A stretch of 64,000 nt of DNA from Lentisphaeria bacterium (GCA_041690595.1 JAWLHB010000025.1:1-64000); one strand, 5' to 3'; positions 9,170 to 21,224 are shown, counted from the first letter of the stretch. The notes: generated by a model not told the origin, from the sequence alone. Numbers and translations are program-made.

Positions 9170-11944
9170 GTGATCGTGAAGGAGAAGCTTCCACCCGATA
9201 CCGACATCAAGAGTCAGATGGCGGCAGGGTCGGTGCTGATATGTCGCCAAGTTCGGGCCGATTCCGCGGAGGTGGTAGGCAGCAAAGCCGCCCGTCTGGC
9301 CGCGCTTCAGGAAACGGTTGGCTGTCTGCCGCCGTGGTACGTGGTGACCGCCCCCGCCTTCGAAAAGGTCCTGCGCGATAACGGACTTCTGGAGTTGCTC
9401 GGCGATGTGATGCGATATGAGATCAGCGACGCCGCGTGGCATCAGGCGGCAAGGGAACTGAACCGCCGAATCATGGGCATCAGTTTCTCCGCCGATCTTC
9501 GCCAGGCTCTGGTGGCGGCGCATGATCAGCTCTTCTCGCCCAACGCCTGGGTGGCGGTGCGGTCGAGCGCCACTCCACCCATGAAGAGCGGATTGTGCAA
9601 AACTTTTGTTTTCATCCGGCGACGCGCTGAGATCGACGAGCACATCCTGAAGGTGTGGGCATCGGCTTTTTCGCCCGAAGCGGTGGCCTGGCGACGGCGG
9701 CACCATCTGCCGGCCGCCCGGCCGCATCTGGCGGTGCTGGTGCAGGAGATGGTGGACGCCACGACCAGCGGGGTTGTCTATACGGCGCACCCGGAGAGTG
9801 GCGATCCTCGCCAGCTCGTCATTCGCTCGCTCCTGGGCAATGGCAAGGCTTTGGGTGATCCCGCTTTCGGCACCGATGAATTCCGTGTCGACAAAGAGGA
9901 TATGGAAATCTACTCGACCGTGGGAGTAAAGAACAAGCGACTCATTCTCGAGCCTGAAAACGGCGGTCTGCGCGAAGTGCCGGTCGGACAAGCGCTGCAG
10001 ACCTCCAGCAGCCTGCGCGTCGACGATGTGGTGGACCTGGCGAGGCTGGGCATTCTGGTCGAGAACCATTTTGGACGTCCCCAGACGGTGAACTTCGCCT
10101 TGGATGCGCAGGAGCAGCTGGCTGTGCTGGAGGTGGTCGATATGGGCGATGTGCGCGAATACGGACCTGCTGCCGGCAACCCGTGCCAGTGGGACACGGC
10201 GGAGCTCTTCATCGACCGGGTCGGCCGCCTGACGCCCCTGCAATTCAGTGTCTGTCGTCGCCTCAACGAACTGGCTGGGCAAGCCTTCGCCCTGGCGCTG
10301 GGCGTCAGCGCGGAGGAACTCAACCGCCAGCGGCGCAGTGTCGCCGACATGCGCGGGCGGGTGCATGGGCATCTTTATGCCAATCTGGATGCATGTCGCA
10401 GCTATCTCGAAAGCTGTGCTACGGCGGACGCGGATCGCGAGAGTGTGGCCGCTTTTCTGGGTCTTTCCCGGCTTCCGGCAATGGAGTTGTTGCTCGCATC
10501 ATCGCCGAGCGCGGGGACGCTGGATCTCTGGACTACCGTGCGCACGCCCCCGCAGCTTGCCGGCATCATACATCAGGCAGACGACTTTCAGGGGCGTGTA
10601 CGCGAGCGGCTGGCCAGTTGGCGGGAGCTGCCACTGCGCCTCTTGCCACCGTCCCGGCTGATCAGCTTGCTGTATCAGGTCGAGGATGAGATTCTGGGTG
10701 CCTGGGCACCTGCCTGGTGCAATGACTATCATGCCTTCTGCGGGGCGCAGCAGGTGGCGGCCATGGGGCAGGAGGCGGGGCTGCGCGCCATGGATATCTC
10801 GCACTGGCATGTTCTGCTGGACGACGAGTTCGGAGCCGGGATTCGAGCGGCCCTCGACTTGATGGATCTTGCCGACATCATCCGCCGCTCTCATGATCTG
10901 CTGCAGATTCTCATGCAGACCGCGGCGCATGAGTGGTTTGACATTCAGGCTGCGCTTCCGCGGGGGCAGACCGGATATGTTGCCACGCGCGCCTGGATGA
11001 AGCGTCATGGACATCTGCCCACCTCCGGCTATGGACCTGACGGCGTGGCGTGGCTTCGCCATCCGGCTGCACTTGCCCGTCTCCTGCGCGCCTACGTCGT
11101 GCGGATGGATGAGGCGGAGTTGGATCCGGTGGCGCTGCTGCAGGCGCGTCGTGCCAGGCGCTCACGGGCTGAAGAGGCGTTCGCCCAGAGTCTGAGCGGC
11201 GCCTGGCTGACCCGGCCCAGGGCTGTCCTCCAGCGCACCTATGTCGATCGCACACGCGAAGCGCTGCGTTGCGCTCAGGCAGGGCGCATGCTGCTCTGCG
11301 AGGTGTGGGGCTGGCAGCGCGATTTACTGGAGGCGCTGGGGTACTGCCTGGCGCGTGAAGCCCTGCTGGCCAGCCCAGGCAGCGTGACTTACCTGACGCT
11401 CGAAGAGGTGAAGGCGTTGTTCAACGGCTCTGCCACTACCACCGATCTGGAAGGGCTGATCGATCTGCGGCGCCGAGAGGGAAGCAGCGGCGAGCATTCC
11501 CCGCCACCTGCCGAGCGCGCCTTCTATACCTATGGCATCGTTCACCATCGCAATCGTTTTGCCCAGGCGCAGGAGGCGGCGCCTGCCGACAGTCTGCGCG
11601 GAATCGGTTGCGAGTGCGGCAGCGTCACGGGCAGGGTGCGGTGGATGAGTTCGCCGCTCGATGCGCTTCCCGAACGGGGGGAGATCATCGCTGCCGAATC
11701 GCTGGATGCGGGGTGGGTTCCGCTTCTGCCGCTGGCGGCAGGAGTTCTGGTTCAACGCGGGCATGATTACTCCTTCCCGGCGATCATGGCCAGGGAGCTG
11801 GGGGTGCCGATGATCATGGGCATTCGCCAGTTGACCCGTCAGCGGATTCATGGCTGGCAGGTCGACATGAATGGCACCAACGGTATGGTTCACCTGCGTC
11901 GGGAACCGATCGACGCGGATCGTCACCCTGGGAAAGGCGGCTGA
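9170..11944 (+). CDS. PEP synthase / rifampin-phosphotransferase-like protein (ATP-grasp + central + swivel domain), catalytic motifs degenerate
   Basis: VGSKA, AVRSSA, VWASAFS, AVLVQEMV..SGV.YTA.P, C-terminal LRGIG....VTGRV and AIMARELGVP; start codon uncertain. Confidence 0.85.
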   Translation: MIVKEKLPPDTDIKSQMAAGSVLICRQVRADSAEVVGSKAARLAALQETVGCLPPWYVVTAPAFEKVLRDNGLLELLGDVMRYEISDAAWHQAARELNRRIMGISFSADLRQALVAAHDQLFSPNAWVAVRSSATPPMKSGLCKTFVFIRRRAEIDEHILKVWASAFSPEAVAWRRRHHLPAARPHLAVLVQEMVDATTSGVVYTAHPESGDPRQLVIRSLLGNGKALGDPAFGTDEFRVDKEDMEIYSTVGVKNKRLILEPENGGLREVPVGQALQTSSSLRVDDVVDLARLGILVENHFGRPQTVNFALDAQEQLAVLEVVDMGDVREYGPAAGNPCQWDTAELFIDRVGRLTPLQFSVCRRLNELAGQAFALALGVSAEELNRQRRSVADMRGRVHGHLYANLDACRSYLESCATADADRESVAAFLGLSRLPAMELLLASSPSAGTLDLWTTVRTPPQLAGIIHQADDFQGRVRERLASWRELPLRLLPPSRLISLLYQVEDEILGAWAPAWCNDYHAFCGAQQVAAMGQEAGLRAMDISHWHVLLDDEFGAGIRAALDLMDLADIIRRSHDLLQILMQTAAHEWFDIQAALPRGQTGYVATRAWMKRHGHLPTSGYGPDGVAWLRHPAALARLLRAYVVRMDEAELDPVALLQARRARRSRAEEAFAQSLSGAWLTRPRAVLQRTYVDRTREALRCAQAGRMLLCEVWGWQRDLLEALGYCLAREALLASPGSVTYLTLEEVKALFNGSATTTDLEGLIDLRRREGSSGEHSPPPAERAFYTYGIVHHRNRFAQAQEAAPADSLRGIGCECGSVTGRVRWMSSPLDALPERGEIIAAESLDAGWVPLLPLAAGVLVQRGHDYSFPAIMARELGVPMIMGIRQLTRQRIHGWQVDMNGTNGMVHLRREPIDADRHPGKGG

Positions 11945-12621
11945 CGGCGCTTGTCGGCTCCCGGAGCATCATCTCGCATTGCATCGATCACCTGATAGCA
12001 AATCCCGTGCGCATAGCCGCGTGCCGCGAGAAAGCGCAGGATCTTCTGCTTGCGTTTCTGTGGATCCTCTTCGCGATCCCATGTGCGCTGACGCTGCTTT
12101 GCCAGCCGCAAGGCCTGCTCGAGGACGGCATCCGGGGCGAAAGCCTGCGACTGCTCGTCGATCGCGGCGGCGATCAGTGTCGAGTCCACGCCGCGTCGAC
12201 GCAGATCGGCCATCATGCGTCGCTCGGAGGTCTTGCCGCCCCGCACCTTCTCCTCGACATAGATGCGGGCGAAGCGGGCGTCGTCGATCAGCCCCATAGG
12301 CGTGGCGCGGGCGATCGCCTTGTCAATGGCGGGTCGCGGAAACTTGCGCTGATAGAGCTTTCGTCGCAGCTCTGCCTCGGCATGAAAGCGCTGGTCGAGC
12401 AAGGTCAACAGCTTCTCATAGCAGTCGAGATCTTCAGCCTCGCGAAGCAGTTTCCACCACTCCTGGCGGGACATGGCCTGGCCCGCGTGCAGCCGCCACA
12501 TGAGGACGGTCTCCTGAGGAAGGGAAAGCAGCTCTGCCTCGCCCCGCAACTTGACCCGGAAACGCCGTCGATACGCCTTCACTTCCTCGATGACGATCCC
12601 GTACTCGGTTGGTGTAGTCAC
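11923..12621 (-). CDS. recX: Regulatory protein RecX (long form)
   Basis: R.H.E.ELRRKL, GLIDDARFA, LRRRGV, RFLAARGY; GTG 12621 overlaps upstream TGA. Confidence 0.88.
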   Translation of the reverse strand: MTTPTEYGIVIEEVKAYRRRFRVKLRGEAELLSLPQETVLMWRLHAGQAMSRQEWWKLLREAEDLDCYEKLLTLLDQRFHAEAELRRKLYQRKFPRPAIDKAIARATPMGLIDDARFARIYVEEKVRGGKTSERRMMADLRRRGVDSTLIAAAIDEQSQAFAPDAVLEQALRLAKQRQRTWDREEDPQKRKQKILRFLAARGYAHGICYQVIDAMRDDAPGADKRRQPPFPG

Positions 12622-12899
12622 AACTCCATGCCTTCGACTTTGCACATGACGAAGAACTCGGCGTCCCGCAGCATCTTGGTGCCGTCGTTGGGCATGATTC
12701 GGGTGTAGCAGCTGGCTGGAACCGTGAAGCGCCCGCCTTCATGTTCGAGGTGCAGGATACGGGATTGTTCGATGTTCGCCTGCCCATGCAGGCAGCGAAC
12801 CTGATAGTTCACCGGCTTCTCGGTATCCTCTTCCTCATTCACTTTCACAAAGACAACACAGAACTTCTTGCCTTCGTACTGGTCAAGATTCATCCCCAT
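12618..12899 (-). CDS. Small hypothetical protein coupled to recX
   Basis: 93-aa globular-looking ORF, GGAGG RBS, GTGA overlap with recX. Confidence 0.7.
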   Translation of the reverse strand: MGMNLDQYEGKKFCVVFVKVNEEEDTEKPVNYQVRCLHGQANIEQSRILHLEHEGGRFTVPASCYTRIMPNDGTKMLRDAEFFVMCKVEGMEL

Positions 12900-13035
12900 G
12901 GGCGCCCTCCAGTGGGTTCGACTAATGCTCGGTAAGCACTATAGTACAACTCTTTCCAGAGAAGTAAACGTCATCTCGAGCTCCTGCTCCGGCGCATGCC
13001 GTCGGCAGCAAAACCTTCGCTTTCCCCCACTGACC

Positions 13036-14868
<1,833 letters not shown>

Positions 14869-14875
14869 GCCGGGC

Positions 14876-15556
14876 TCACTCGACGCCGGCAGGCAGGATG
14901 CGCATCATCTCGTCATTTCCGCTGCCCGAGTAGCTCCAGGGCGTTTCCAGACGATGGAAAAGACCGTACTTCACCGGGATTGGATCCTCGCTCATGACGT
15001 ACTGCTGGAATTCCCGCGAGGGGGGATTGTCCTGCACCGTCGAGGTCTTTCCTGTGAACCAGACCGTGGCGATGTGCCGCCGACCATGCATGAAGGTTGC
15101 CTTGCCAAGGATCCGCTCGTCCGGCAGGTCGTCGCCAAAGCGCTTGATGATCTCAGGTGGAATGAAAATGATTGCCCAGTGCGTCGTTCCTCCGCCGCTG
15201 GTCAGGACATTGACGTACTTCACCTGACGAGAGAGGCGGATCGAGGTGTTGGGACGTGGCCGATCCCGTACCTCCGGGCCACGCGCCAGAACGATGTCCC
15301 ACGTGACATTCAATTCGTCGATCCAAACATCATCTCGTCGATCGGCCCTGCCATCACCAAGTTCGAAGCGGATCGATATTCGCCCCCAGTCGCCTCCTCT
15401 GGAGCCGACGCGCGGAAGGTTCAAGGGGGGATAGATGTCATCCCAGGTCGCAATGCTGTACTCGAATCGATCGACCGCGAGCTTCAGGTCCATGCGGTCC
15501 TGGGCGAAGGTGGAGAGGCCAACGAAAAAGGCCAGGATAATCAGTGTGCGGTACAT
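14876..15556 (-). CDS. Exported protein, Amuc_1102-like (pilus-associated) family candidate
   Basis: Signal peptide; W..I.I.F..WIDEL.V...VL..V.YVNV..H....IPP..I.RFG and ETPW pattern recalled from PVC Amuc_1102-type proteins. Confidence 0.6.
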   Translation of the reverse strand: MYRTLIILAFFVGLSTFAQDRMDLKLAVDRFEYSIATWDDIYPPLNLPRVGSRGGDWGRISIRFELGDGRADRRDDVWIDELNVTWDIVLARGPEVRDRPRPNTSIRLSRQVKYVNVLTSGGGTTHWAIIFIPPEIIKRFGDDLPDERILGKATFMHGRRHIATVWFTGKTSTVQDNPPSREFQQYVMSEDPIPVKYGLFHRLETPWSYSGSGNDEMMRILPAGVE

Positions 15557-15703
15557 GCTTGGCTCCTGTAGTAGAGAATAGAAGTATGGGGTACCCTACC
15601 ATGTTTTGTGGCCAAAGTACAAGATTGACTTGTCAGAAGCTTTGACCAACGCATATTTGGACATCTTCATGTTGTCTTTTATTCAAAAGGAAGGTCAAGA
15701 TTC

Positions 15704-17308
15704 ATGTCCAGTAGTCGTCCCAACATTCTGTGGATCTCCTTCGAAGATACCAACCCCTTTTACGGCTGCTACGGTGACAAGGTTGCCCGCACGCCGAACG
15801 TCGATGCGCTGGCGGCAAGCGGATGTCGCTATACCCATGCCTTCTCCACCGCCGGCGTCTGTGCCCCCGCGCGCTCGGCGATCATCACCGGCATGTACCC
15901 GACCTCGATTGGCTCGCATCACATGCGCACCACCCATCGGAATCGCGACACGCCGGAGATGCCCACCCCCTACGACACCTGCCCTCCGCACTACGTCAAG
16001 TGCTTCACCGAGTACCTGCGGGCCGCCGGCTACTTCTGTACCAACAACGTCAAGACCGATTACCAGTTCGCCCCGCCGATCACGGCATGGGATGAACTCA
16101 GTGAAGAGGCCCACTGGCGCCATCGCCCCGATCCCGATCAGCCCTTCTTCGCCGTCTTTAACCCCACCGTGACGCACGAGAGTGGCATGTGGGAACATGA
16201 CCGGCCGCTGGCCTTCGATCCCGATGCGATCGAGTTGCCACCTTATTTTCCGGACACGCCGAAGGTCCGCCAGGCCATGGCCCGCATGTACACCAACATC
16301 GAAACCGCGGATGGGGTCATGGGCCGGCTTCTGCGCGAGTTGGAGGAGGATGGGCTGGCGGAGAACACCATCGTCATGCACTGGAGCGATCATGGCCCAT
16401 TGCCGCGCGGCAAGCGTTGGCCGTACGACTCCGGCATTCACGTGCCCCTGATCGTCCGCTGGCCGGGCAAGACTTCCCCCGGCTCCGTCCGTGATCGCAT
16501 GGTCAGCACGGTCGACCTCGGGCCCACCGTCCTTTCCCTGGCCGGCATTCCTGTTCCCCATCACATGCAGGGAATTCCCTTCCTGGGAGAGCAGGAGCAA
16601 GTTCCGCGAGTCCGCATCTATGCCGCCCGCGATCGACACGACGAAGCTTACGACATGGTGCGCGCCGTCCGCGACAAGCGATTCAAGTACATACTCCACT
16701 TCCGGCCGGATCTCCCTTACCTCCAGTGGATTCCCTATCGCAACACCCATCCTATCCTCCAGGAGATGTGGCGACTACACCTCGCCGATGAACTCGAGGG
16801 GCCACAAAAGCTGATGTTCCAGCCACGCCCCGTCGAGGAGCTTTACGATACGCTCAACGACCCGTGGGAAATCGACAACCTGGCCGACAATATCGAGTTT
16901 GCCGACACGCTGGACACCATGCGCCAGGCTCTCGACTTGTGGCGCTTCGAGACGGGCGATATGGGCGAAATGACCGAATGGCAGATGAAGCGCATGTGGT
17001 ATCCCGACGGCGAACAGCCGGTCACCGCAGCTCCCATCATCGTGCCGATCTCAGCCGCCGACTATGGCCGTCAACCCGTTACCGAAGCCAATCTGCCTTC
17101 GCCATGCCTCGTGCAGTTGCACAGCGCCACGCAGGGCGCCTCGATTGCCTATACGCTCGAAGAAGGCGAGGCGGTCCACTGGCAGCTCTATTCACAGCCG
17201 CTGCGCCTGCCGCCGGGAACCCATGTGCTCCGTGCGCGCGCCATTCGCATTGGCTTTGCCGAGAGCGCGGAAAGCCGGGCCACCCTCACCATCGCGCCCC
17301 CCGAATGA
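15704..17308 (+). CDS. Sulfatase (Cys-type formylglycine) with C-terminal FN3-associated/chitobiase-like domain
   Basis: RPNILWISFED, CAPARSAIITG, SDHG, EELYD; C-terminal ATQGASIAYTL...ARAIRIG. Confidence 0.93.
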   Translation: MSSSRPNILWISFEDTNPFYGCYGDKVARTPNVDALAASGCRYTHAFSTAGVCAPARSAIITGMYPTSIGSHHMRTTHRNRDTPEMPTPYDTCPPHYVKCFTEYLRAAGYFCTNNVKTDYQFAPPITAWDELSEEAHWRHRPDPDQPFFAVFNPTVTHESGMWEHDRPLAFDPDAIELPPYFPDTPKVRQAMARMYTNIETADGVMGRLLRELEEDGLAENTIVMHWSDHGPLPRGKRWPYDSGIHVPLIVRWPGKTSPGSVRDRMVSTVDLGPTVLSLAGIPVPHHMQGIPFLGEQEQVPRVRIYAARDRHDEAYDMVRAVRDKRFKYILHFRPDLPYLQWIPYRNTHPILQEMWRLHLADELEGPQKLMFQPRPVEELYDTLNDPWEIDNLADNIEFADTLDTMRQALDLWRFETGDMGEMTEWQMKRMWYPDGEQPVTAAPIIVPISAADYGRQPVTEANLPSPCLVQLHSATQGASIAYTLEEGEAVHWQLYSQPLRLPPGTHVLRARAIRIGFAESAESRATLTIAPPE

Positions 17309-17314
17309 TCACCG

Positions 17315-18418
17315 TCAGGCGATCAGCCGGTGATGCAGCGCGAGGAGCAGGTCGCGGTTGTCGATACTCAGGTAGCGCATCGACCCACCCATGCGGCTGA
17401 AGGTCTTGTTGTAGCGCAGGTAGTAATCCGGGTTCTCCGGCGGCGGTTCACCCTGGCTCCAGTCCCAGCGCGACTCCGCCAGGTCGGCCACCAGGATGTA
17501 GTGCCGGTCAATATGGTCGCCGGCCTGAATGGCCAGATTCTGCGCCAGCGACATCGACTTTTCGAAGACCATCGGCGACATCACCGCTGACCCGATCGAA
17601 AGATAGACGCCGTCATTGAGGCGGCTCACGCTCTGGGCGAAAGTGAGGAAGTCGCGTTCCGCCGCTCGGCCGATCGCTGCCCCGCAGCTCATCGGGTGCG
17701 TGTAGATGATGTCATGGCCGATCATCGGATGGCCGGTCAGCGGGATGCCCAGCCGTGCCGCGGCTGCCTGGACGCTGAAGCGTTTGCAGGGGTGGGGCAC
17801 CTCCATCGCCCCGTCTTGCAGGTCGAACTCCTGCATCTTCGCCAGCAGGTCCGCGGCGCCCGCGGCATCGGCGGGCGAATCCCCGAGTCGAGCCACGATA
17901 CGCTCCCGCAACTGCTCCCGGTCGGGAAGCTCAAGCCTTTCGCTGTTGATAAAGCTTCCGACCGCCTCGCCATATCCCTTTCCCTCCGCGGCCCCTGCCA
18001 CGATCGCCAGGTTGATGAAGAAGCCGGTTTCGTGCCAGATACCGAACTGGCCGCGATCCACGTAATAGGCGACATCCTCGCTGCTCTTGCCCTGATAGGC
18101 ATACTCCCAGTCGTGGATGATGCCCGCGCCATTCGTCGCCAGGTGTGTCAGCCACCCTCCTTCCATCAGCGCGATCAGCACCGGCCCAAGCCCGTTCTTG
18201 ATCGTATGCGCGCCAAAGGTCAGCATGACCGGCCTGCCCGCCTGCCGCGCCGCCCGTATGCGCTCCACGGTATGATCGATCACACACGCCTGCCCGTCAT
18301 CCAACGGACCGGGCTGGCGATCGAGCGGCACGTGATCGCGCTCGATCTCCAGCTTGTTGTGACGCTCCGCCAGCGGACGCAGGTTGATCCTGAAACGATC
18401 GAGTTGAGGAAACGGCAT
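17315..18418 (-). CDS. Deoxyhypusine-synthase-like fold hypothetical protein
   Basis: GAHTIKNGLGP, HLATNGAGIIHDWE, SEDV...GQFG...ETG, GSAVMSPMVFEK. Confidence 0.7.
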   Translation of the reverse strand: MPFPQLDRFRINLRPLAERHNKLEIERDHVPLDRQPGPLDDGQACVIDHTVERIRAARQAGRPVMLTFGAHTIKNGLGPVLIALMEGGWLTHLATNGAGIIHDWEYAYQGKSSEDVAYYVDRGQFGIWHETGFFINLAIVAGAAEGKGYGEAVGSFINSERLELPDREQLRERIVARLGDSPADAAGAADLLAKMQEFDLQDGAMEVPHPCKRFSVQAAAARLGIPLTGHPMIGHDIIYTHPMSCGAAIGRAAERDFLTFAQSVSRLNDGVYLSIGSAVMSPMVFEKSMSLAQNLAIQAGDHIDRHYILVADLAESRWDWSQGEPPPENPDYYLRYNKTFSRMGGSMRYLSIDNRDLLLALHHRLIA

Positions 18419-18446
18419 CAGTCAGTCCTTTTCAAAGAAATATGCT

Positions 18447-21050
18447 CTACATGATGATTTCGAGGGTTTCGCCGGCCTCGATGGTGACGGTGCTCGCGAG
18501 TCGCAGCACCATCCCCACCTCCGTCGGGAAGGCCTCATAGTCGATGTGGCTGTCGCGGAGGGAGATCATCGGCTCTGTCGCTCTCAGCCCAACCTGCAGA
18601 TTGGCCAGCGTCAGCTTGCCGCGCAGCATCCGTACCTGCACCTTGTACCCCTCATCCTCGAACGCCTTCTGCCGCAGCATGCCCCACCCGGAATCCACCG
18701 AAAAGAAGCAGGCGAAGTTCTCCTTGTACACCTTCGGCGAAAACGAAAGCGACTGCGCGGGCGCCGAGTAGAAGAAGTCGGAAACCGCAAGCAGCAGCGC
18801 GTACGAGGCCAGCGAGCGGGCATAGTGATTCCCGCACTCGAACTCGTTCCATGGGTTTCGTCGGCTGCCGTCATGGCGGTCCCGCACCCCCTTCACGATG
18901 GCCAGCCCTTCCTCGACAAAGCCCTCGAAGATGAGGTGACTCGCCACCTGGTATTCGATCCCGCACCAGACCTCATCTGAATAGACGAAGGGCAGTCCCG
19001 GGCGATTGCCGCGTGGCCACGTACACAGCAGCAGCCCCGCCTCGTCATTCAGCGCATAGATCCGCTGCGGATTCGCATGCTCCCGCATGCTCGCCTTCCA
19101 GTTATTCGCGAAGATCGAGGTCAGCGTCTGGCGCATGTTGTCCGCATCCAGGAAGTCGCCAAGCCGCAACATCCGACCGTACCATTGGCCGATCAACTGA
19201 TCGCTCAGGCAGCCATCGCCGTACTGATAGGCGGGATTCTCTGGGAAGCGGGTGTCGCTCGGCGTGCAGGTCGCTCCATGGCAACCCTGCTTGTCGCAAT
19301 CCTCTCCCCGGCGCACATCCTGCACATAGTAATCGCCATTGAAGAGCAACGCATCGTAGAGAGCCTGCCCCTGCTCGAACAACCGCCGATACTCCTCCGC
19401 TGCCGGAAGATCGTCCAGCTGCATCGCCATCTCTTCCGCCGCGCGCAGGGCGCCCAGATAGAAGGTCCCCAGCATGGTGTTCGGACCGTGAAACTCGATA
19501 TCGTAGGTGTTGTGCTGGACACCCTCCATGCAGCCATCCTTGTCCTTGTCCCACTGCTGCCAGGCATACTCCAGCGCCTTCTTCACCCTTGGCCAGTGGC
19601 CCGCCAGCCACGCGTCATCTCCGTGAATCAACCACTCGCGGTATACCTTCATCACGCAGCCAAGCTGCCCATCCGTAGCGGCGTGGAAGGTGCCGTCAGG
19701 CTTTCGCCCTATCGGCAGTGGCAGGCGGAAGGTCATGTGCCCATCCTCTCCCAGGCAGATCGTGAACTCCGCGTCGCGCACCGTGCGCTCCAGCGCCGGA
19801 AAAAGGTAAGGCAGTGCCTGCGCGTAGTTCCAGACATGCGTACATGTCCCTTCGCAACAGCCACCCTTTGTCGAGCAACCCTCGTAGCCGTAGAAGGTTC
19901 CATCCTCCAGACGAAGGCAGGTCGTGCTCTTCAGAATCGACAACTGCGACGTCACCGCGTCCATCACCGGGGTCGGCAGCGTCGATGCGAAGAGGCTGTC
20001 GGCGAAGAGCCGGGTTTCCTCCTCCAGCCGCTGATGATGCTGACCCAGATAACCAGCCACCGCGCCGGCATCCGCATGCAGCGTCGCATAGTAGTTACGC
20101 CAGATGGGCTTATCCTCGCCCTTCTCCCACTCCTTCCGGAAGTTCGGCGTATGCCAGACGTACCAGATGGGCACCTGCCGCGTTTCACCCGCGGGGATTT
20201 CCATCTCGAAGGCCAGCGAGCCAACGTCGAAGCCATCCTCGTTCACGGTCGCCCCGCGTTCATCGCGCAGCTCACCCTCCTTCGCCTGATCCCAGAAGTC
20301 GTGCAAGCTGTCGAACCAAGTGCCGCGCCGCCAGTTGGCCAGCACCTTGCAAGGACGCAGCGGCGAGACCAGCGCCATGCTCCCATAACGCGGCGATTCC
20401 GGCTCATGCCGGGTCGTCGACATCACCAGACCGTAGGCACCATCGCGCTCGACATACTCCGTACGCCCACCCTTGGCTTCCGGATAGCCGGCCAGGTTTG
20501 GACAATTCGCATAGAGCACGGCCTTCACCGACTCGTTTCCGCCGTTCTTCAGGGCGATCGTGAACATGGCCGCGGGCAGTCCCGAATCGTCCGCATTCCC
20601 CGGAATAAATGGATTGTATGCTTCGACCGTCACCTCCAGAGGAACCTGCGGATCGCGCAGGCGCAGCTCCGCATATGGAAACCTGCCCACAAACTCCGCC
20701 TCGGCGAAGTGGGGCAGCCCAGCTCCATTCCGGCGGTCCACGCCACTCCCGCTGCCCGTGAAGTCGGAACTCCCCACCGGTCCCTGCAGCAGCTTGGTGA
20801 CGGACGGGCCGTCGGTCGTGCGGGCATTGAGCGTGAACCATGCATACGGCAGCGGCTCGCCCTTGTTCGGCAGGTTCCAGATCTCCGCATCTCGAAACTG
20901 CCCCCATCCCCCAAATGAGATGCAGCCGGTGCCGATGCCCCCCAGTGGAAACGCGATGTTATCCAGTTGCCGACCCGTGTAGACCATCGGGCGGCCACGT
21001 TGAAAAAGATCCTGATAGCTATAGGGGATCTCACTGTTCTGCAGCTTCAT
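18447..21050 (-). CDS. Glycoside hydrolase family 116 (GBA2-like beta-glycosidase)
   Basis: IAFPLGGIGTG, GTCTHVWNYAQA, DGQLG, QHNTYDIEF, DGCLSDQLIGQW, NPWNEFECGNHYARSLAS. Confidence 0.92.
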   Translation of the reverse strand: MKLQNSEIPYSYQDLFQRGRPMVYTGRQLDNIAFPLGGIGTGCISFGGWGQFRDAEIWNLPNKGEPLPYAWFTLNARTTDGPSVTKLLQGPVGSSDFTGSGSGVDRRNGAGLPHFAEAEFVGRFPYAELRLRDPQVPLEVTVEAYNPFIPGNADDSGLPAAMFTIALKNGGNESVKAVLYANCPNLAGYPEAKGGRTEYVERDGAYGLVMSTTRHEPESPRYGSMALVSPLRPCKVLANWRRGTWFDSLHDFWDQAKEGELRDERGATVNEDGFDVGSLAFEMEIPAGETRQVPIWYVWHTPNFRKEWEKGEDKPIWRNYYATLHADAGAVAGYLGQHHQRLEEETRLFADSLFASTLPTPVMDAVTSQLSILKSTTCLRLEDGTFYGYEGCSTKGGCCEGTCTHVWNYAQALPYLFPALERTVRDAEFTICLGEDGHMTFRLPLPIGRKPDGTFHAATDGQLGCVMKVYREWLIHGDDAWLAGHWPRVKKALEYAWQQWDKDKDGCMEGVQHNTYDIEFHGPNTMLGTFYLGALRAAEEMAMQLDDLPAAEEYRRLFEQGQALYDALLFNGDYYVQDVRRGEDCDKQGCHGATCTPSDTRFPENPAYQYGDGCLSDQLIGQWYGRMLRLGDFLDADNMRQTLTSIFANNWKASMREHANPQRIYALNDEAGLLLCTWPRGNRPGLPFVYSDEVWCGIEYQVASHLIFEGFVEEGLAIVKGVRDRHDGSRRNPWNEFECGNHYARSLASYALLLAVSDFFYSAPAQSLSFSPKVYKENFACFFSVDSGWGMLRQKAFEDEGYKVQVRMLRGKLTLANLQVGLRATEPMISLRDSHIDYEAFPTEVGMVLRLASTVTIEAGETLEIIM

Positions 21051-21224
21051 AAAGCCTCGTTATCTGATGCCGGTAAATAAGCAGGTACGTGCAATTCGAG
21101 AGTCAAACGTACTCTAACAACCACGGAATGAAAGCTGCAAACCTCCACTCCCCCCCAACTCCAAAACCTCGATCCCCTTGACCGTCCGCCCCCACGGCTC
21201 GTCCCCAATACCTCGGTCCAAACC

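Noticed and set aside
9170..11944. Functional rifampin-resistance phosphotransferase or PEP synthase
   Set aside because: The phospho-His and ATP-grasp motifs are substituted, so no activity or gene symbol was assigned.
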